Positions 61,499-64,000 of a stretch of DNA of 64,000 nt are shown here, in pieces. How positions within the stretch are numbered: the first letter of the stretch is position 1; the number at the start of each line of letters is the position of its first letter. This stretch comes from Veleropilina oligotropha (Eukaryota). The translations under genes were made by a program, and so were the position numbers. The DNA lies in assembly GCA_048128005.1 (NCBI GenBank), contig JBEUKZ010000078.1, positions 248,001-312,000 on the forward strand, given 5' to 3'. The notes under the pieces were generated by a model. That model had not been told where the DNA came from, made no database searches, and saw only the letters and a program-made list of their open reading frames with translations.

Positions 61499-64000
61499 AG
61501 TCTAAAGTAAACATTAATGCTAAACAACATTTTGCATTTGCCTCTAGTCGAGATGCCAGTTAAGAGCATGATTTATTGACAAACATTATCATGTAAATAC
61601 ATGTGCAAGTTCCTTAAAATGTTATATAACATTTATATATTTAAATGAAAATGATATAATTTTTGCAAGCGGTAAATAATATAACAAGTTTGCGCAAATT
61701 CGAAAAACCAGACGTCTGCTTTAAATAGCCTCTTTCGTATTTTCAAAGTGCGCATCAATTATAGAAAATACCCGTTTAGTCGCTCTTCAAACTTAACTAG
61801 GCCAATCTTGACCAGTCACTCCAGTGTCTGTGTAACTTTAAGCTGCGAACAGACAGGACGGACGGAGAGTTACACGCGGGCGGTAAAAATGGAACATATG
61901 ATATTTGTAGTGGCAAAACACACTAACGCGGACGGCAGGCAAGCGGGCGTCACGCGGGCGGATAGAATCGCTTCTGTAGCGATTTTTGACGCGTGAGATT
62001 TTTGACGCTTGGGGAGATTCCCGTTTGTGACGTTTTTAAGTATGGGTTATTAACCCAGAGATAGGGTTTTCCTTTCAGGAAAGACCTGGCGGAGTGAATA
62101 TAAGACTATGGTTATCGGACAAGTCAATCCGAGGGCTTTATTTACATGCAGTTAAAATACGACATCTTACACACTGTTATACATTGTCACTTGATGTATT
62201 ATATTTTAAATTTTACCAAATTATATAGCATTTTAAATAAAAGTTGTTTATTTGTTAAATGATGAAATCACATAATCAAGATGATGAATAATTAATTAAT
62301 TATTAGTTATGTTCATTGCTCAAAGTGCTCAAATTCTAAGAAAACATCGTGTTTGAAAACATAAATCCAATACATAAACCAGGGAATATGATGCAAGCCC
62401 TTGTACCAATGCATGATTTGCCGCTTGGTAGACGCATCCAGTGTGTTTTGTTTTTCCGCTTGAGTTCCGCTTGCCGCCCGCGTGACTTTTCCGCCCGCGT
62501 CCTGTCTGTTCTCAGCTTAAGACCGATTTAAATGTATCCATCACCGCGCGTCCGTTGCCGGGCAGGAAAAACCAGAGAGAAAAAACAGTTTTACATTTTG
62601 TATGAACAAACTCTTGAAACCTGCGTTCGAACCAAATAAAACTTAACGTGCTGCTTGCTGGACATACAAACTAGAAATGACTTTGCACGCTTTTGGTCAC
62701 CATTGCCCGCCTGACCACAATGCCTGCCATTGGTCTAATATAACAACGTGAACAACATTTCACGCCCTTCAATTGCAGGCTTAAATTTAATGATAATACG
62801 TTACGTCCAGACAATATTTTCTCGTTATACTACGAAACGCGAGAGACGTAACGGTATAGTCTAAACTAAACACCAATGCTAAACAACATTTTGCATTTGC
62901 CTCTAGCTAGATTGAACAAAGAACGGGAAGCAACGAAGATAATAACGTTTAAGTTATGTAAAAACGTGACTAAGTTGCATTAACACGTTTCTGATACACA
63001 CTACGTAAATCGACGAAATCTATAAGACATGACTGTTGGAAACATTTAAACGAGATACTAGAAAATTTGCAATGTAGCCGTTCTTGACAGAATCACTTTT
63101 CCACCTGCCGTGACGTTCCAACATCTCTCATTGCGTTTGCAGCCTCCGACGCACCATCTGCGCGCAATGAGTGTAAACCAATGTTTAAATCTTCGGACAC
63201 CTCTTTCAAACGAGCAACAATGCATTCTCTAGCTCTAGTGTTACTCAATTTTTTGGTTTTTACGAATTAATTTGCAATCTTTACCTGAACGATAAAGTGA
63301 CCTAAATAAAACATGTTTAAATTGTTTTGAATATCTGCCAATAGGAAATATTTGCGAAGCATATTGTACGGGCATGCATCGGACTCGCCTTTGGATATTA
63401 CTATAGTGTCACCTTGCGTCTATCTATATTGGTCAGTTTTTACTCTGTTCGATACAAACGGAAAAATACGTGTCATAAAAATTAATTTTGCTACATTTCA
63501 AAGAATTAAGCTCTTCAAACCTCAATAACGAATTAAAACATACTAAGATCATGGTCAAATCTCTAATGACTAGTAATTCGGATGGTTGTCTGTATTTGAT
63601 GAACAGTTGTACAATCATATATCTTTGGTAATGGACTCTTTCTTGATAGTTATTTTGTTGGCGTGTCGCTTAGCTGCTTCTACTAAATTGTGCACAAATT
63701 GTCAGTGGGATCGATCTTGCTCAGAATGTCGTATATCCATTTAATAGCATATTTGACACAAGATATCTCGTTGAAAGAAGATCCGGAGTCCAAAAGTTGT
63801 GTTAGAAACAATACAATCTGGCTGGATACACCTGGAATGGCATCCCATCCTTGCTCTCCATAAAGTGCTTCCATTTATTAAAATAAGAAAAGTTCTTGCT
63901 ATCAGTAGCCTGTCCTCGTGAAAGAACAAGATTTTTGCTGTTAGCTTTGAATTCCTCTCCATTCCCGTTTCTGCAAAATTTATAATTGTCCGTGTTCAAA
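61499..64000 (-). mobile_element. Ngaro/PAT-type YR element, copy C (cut by the window end)
   Basis: B2 61499-61547, A2 ~62652-62851, B1 ~62857-62906, YR motifs ~63060-63920; nested MITE ~61842-62516. Confidence 0.8.

Larger units (their letters stand above)
47561..64000 (+). repeat. Segmental duplication copy C (runs off the window)
   Basis: Colinear with 21208-40498; lacks the Ginger-like, Helitron and ~30436-32183 segments. Confidence 0.95.

Overview
AT-rich, repeat-dense animal genomic DNA, probably from an invertebrate such as a lophotrochozoan (inferred from the SINE/LINE repertoire). It is not prokaryotic, and most ORF-track entries are spurious or transposon fragments. (1) About 3.3-14.9 kb holds one spliced + strand gene. 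It has 7 phase-consistent GT-AG coding exons giving at least 339 aa: a Pro/Lys/Glu-rich N-terminus and a C-terminal degenerate EF-hand-like domain. Its 5' end is unresolved. Its introns carry tRNA-derived SINEs of three types, LINE relics and two minisatellites. (2) 15-21 kb holds a MITE with an 8-bp TSD and a PIF/Harbinger element with both ends, a TGA TSD and a broken transposase. (3) 21.2-64 kb is a segmental duplication made almost entirely of nested transposons: copy A ~21.2-40.5 kb, partial older copy B ~44.5-46.8 kb, copy C 47.6 kb to the window end. It includes RTE-X-like LINEs, a Ginger-like element, a Helitron, a solo LINE ORF1, a MADF/BESS-like relic and an RT-less Ngaro/PAT-type tyrosine-recombinase element. 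Comparing copies gives exact filled and empty sites. I cannot demonstrate a new biological system. The best leads are an inverted SINE pair bracketing two exons plus a candidate poison/alternative last exon, long hairpins with symmetric CTCG bubbles, and the mosaic identity of the duplication. Family names come from recalled motifs, not database searches.
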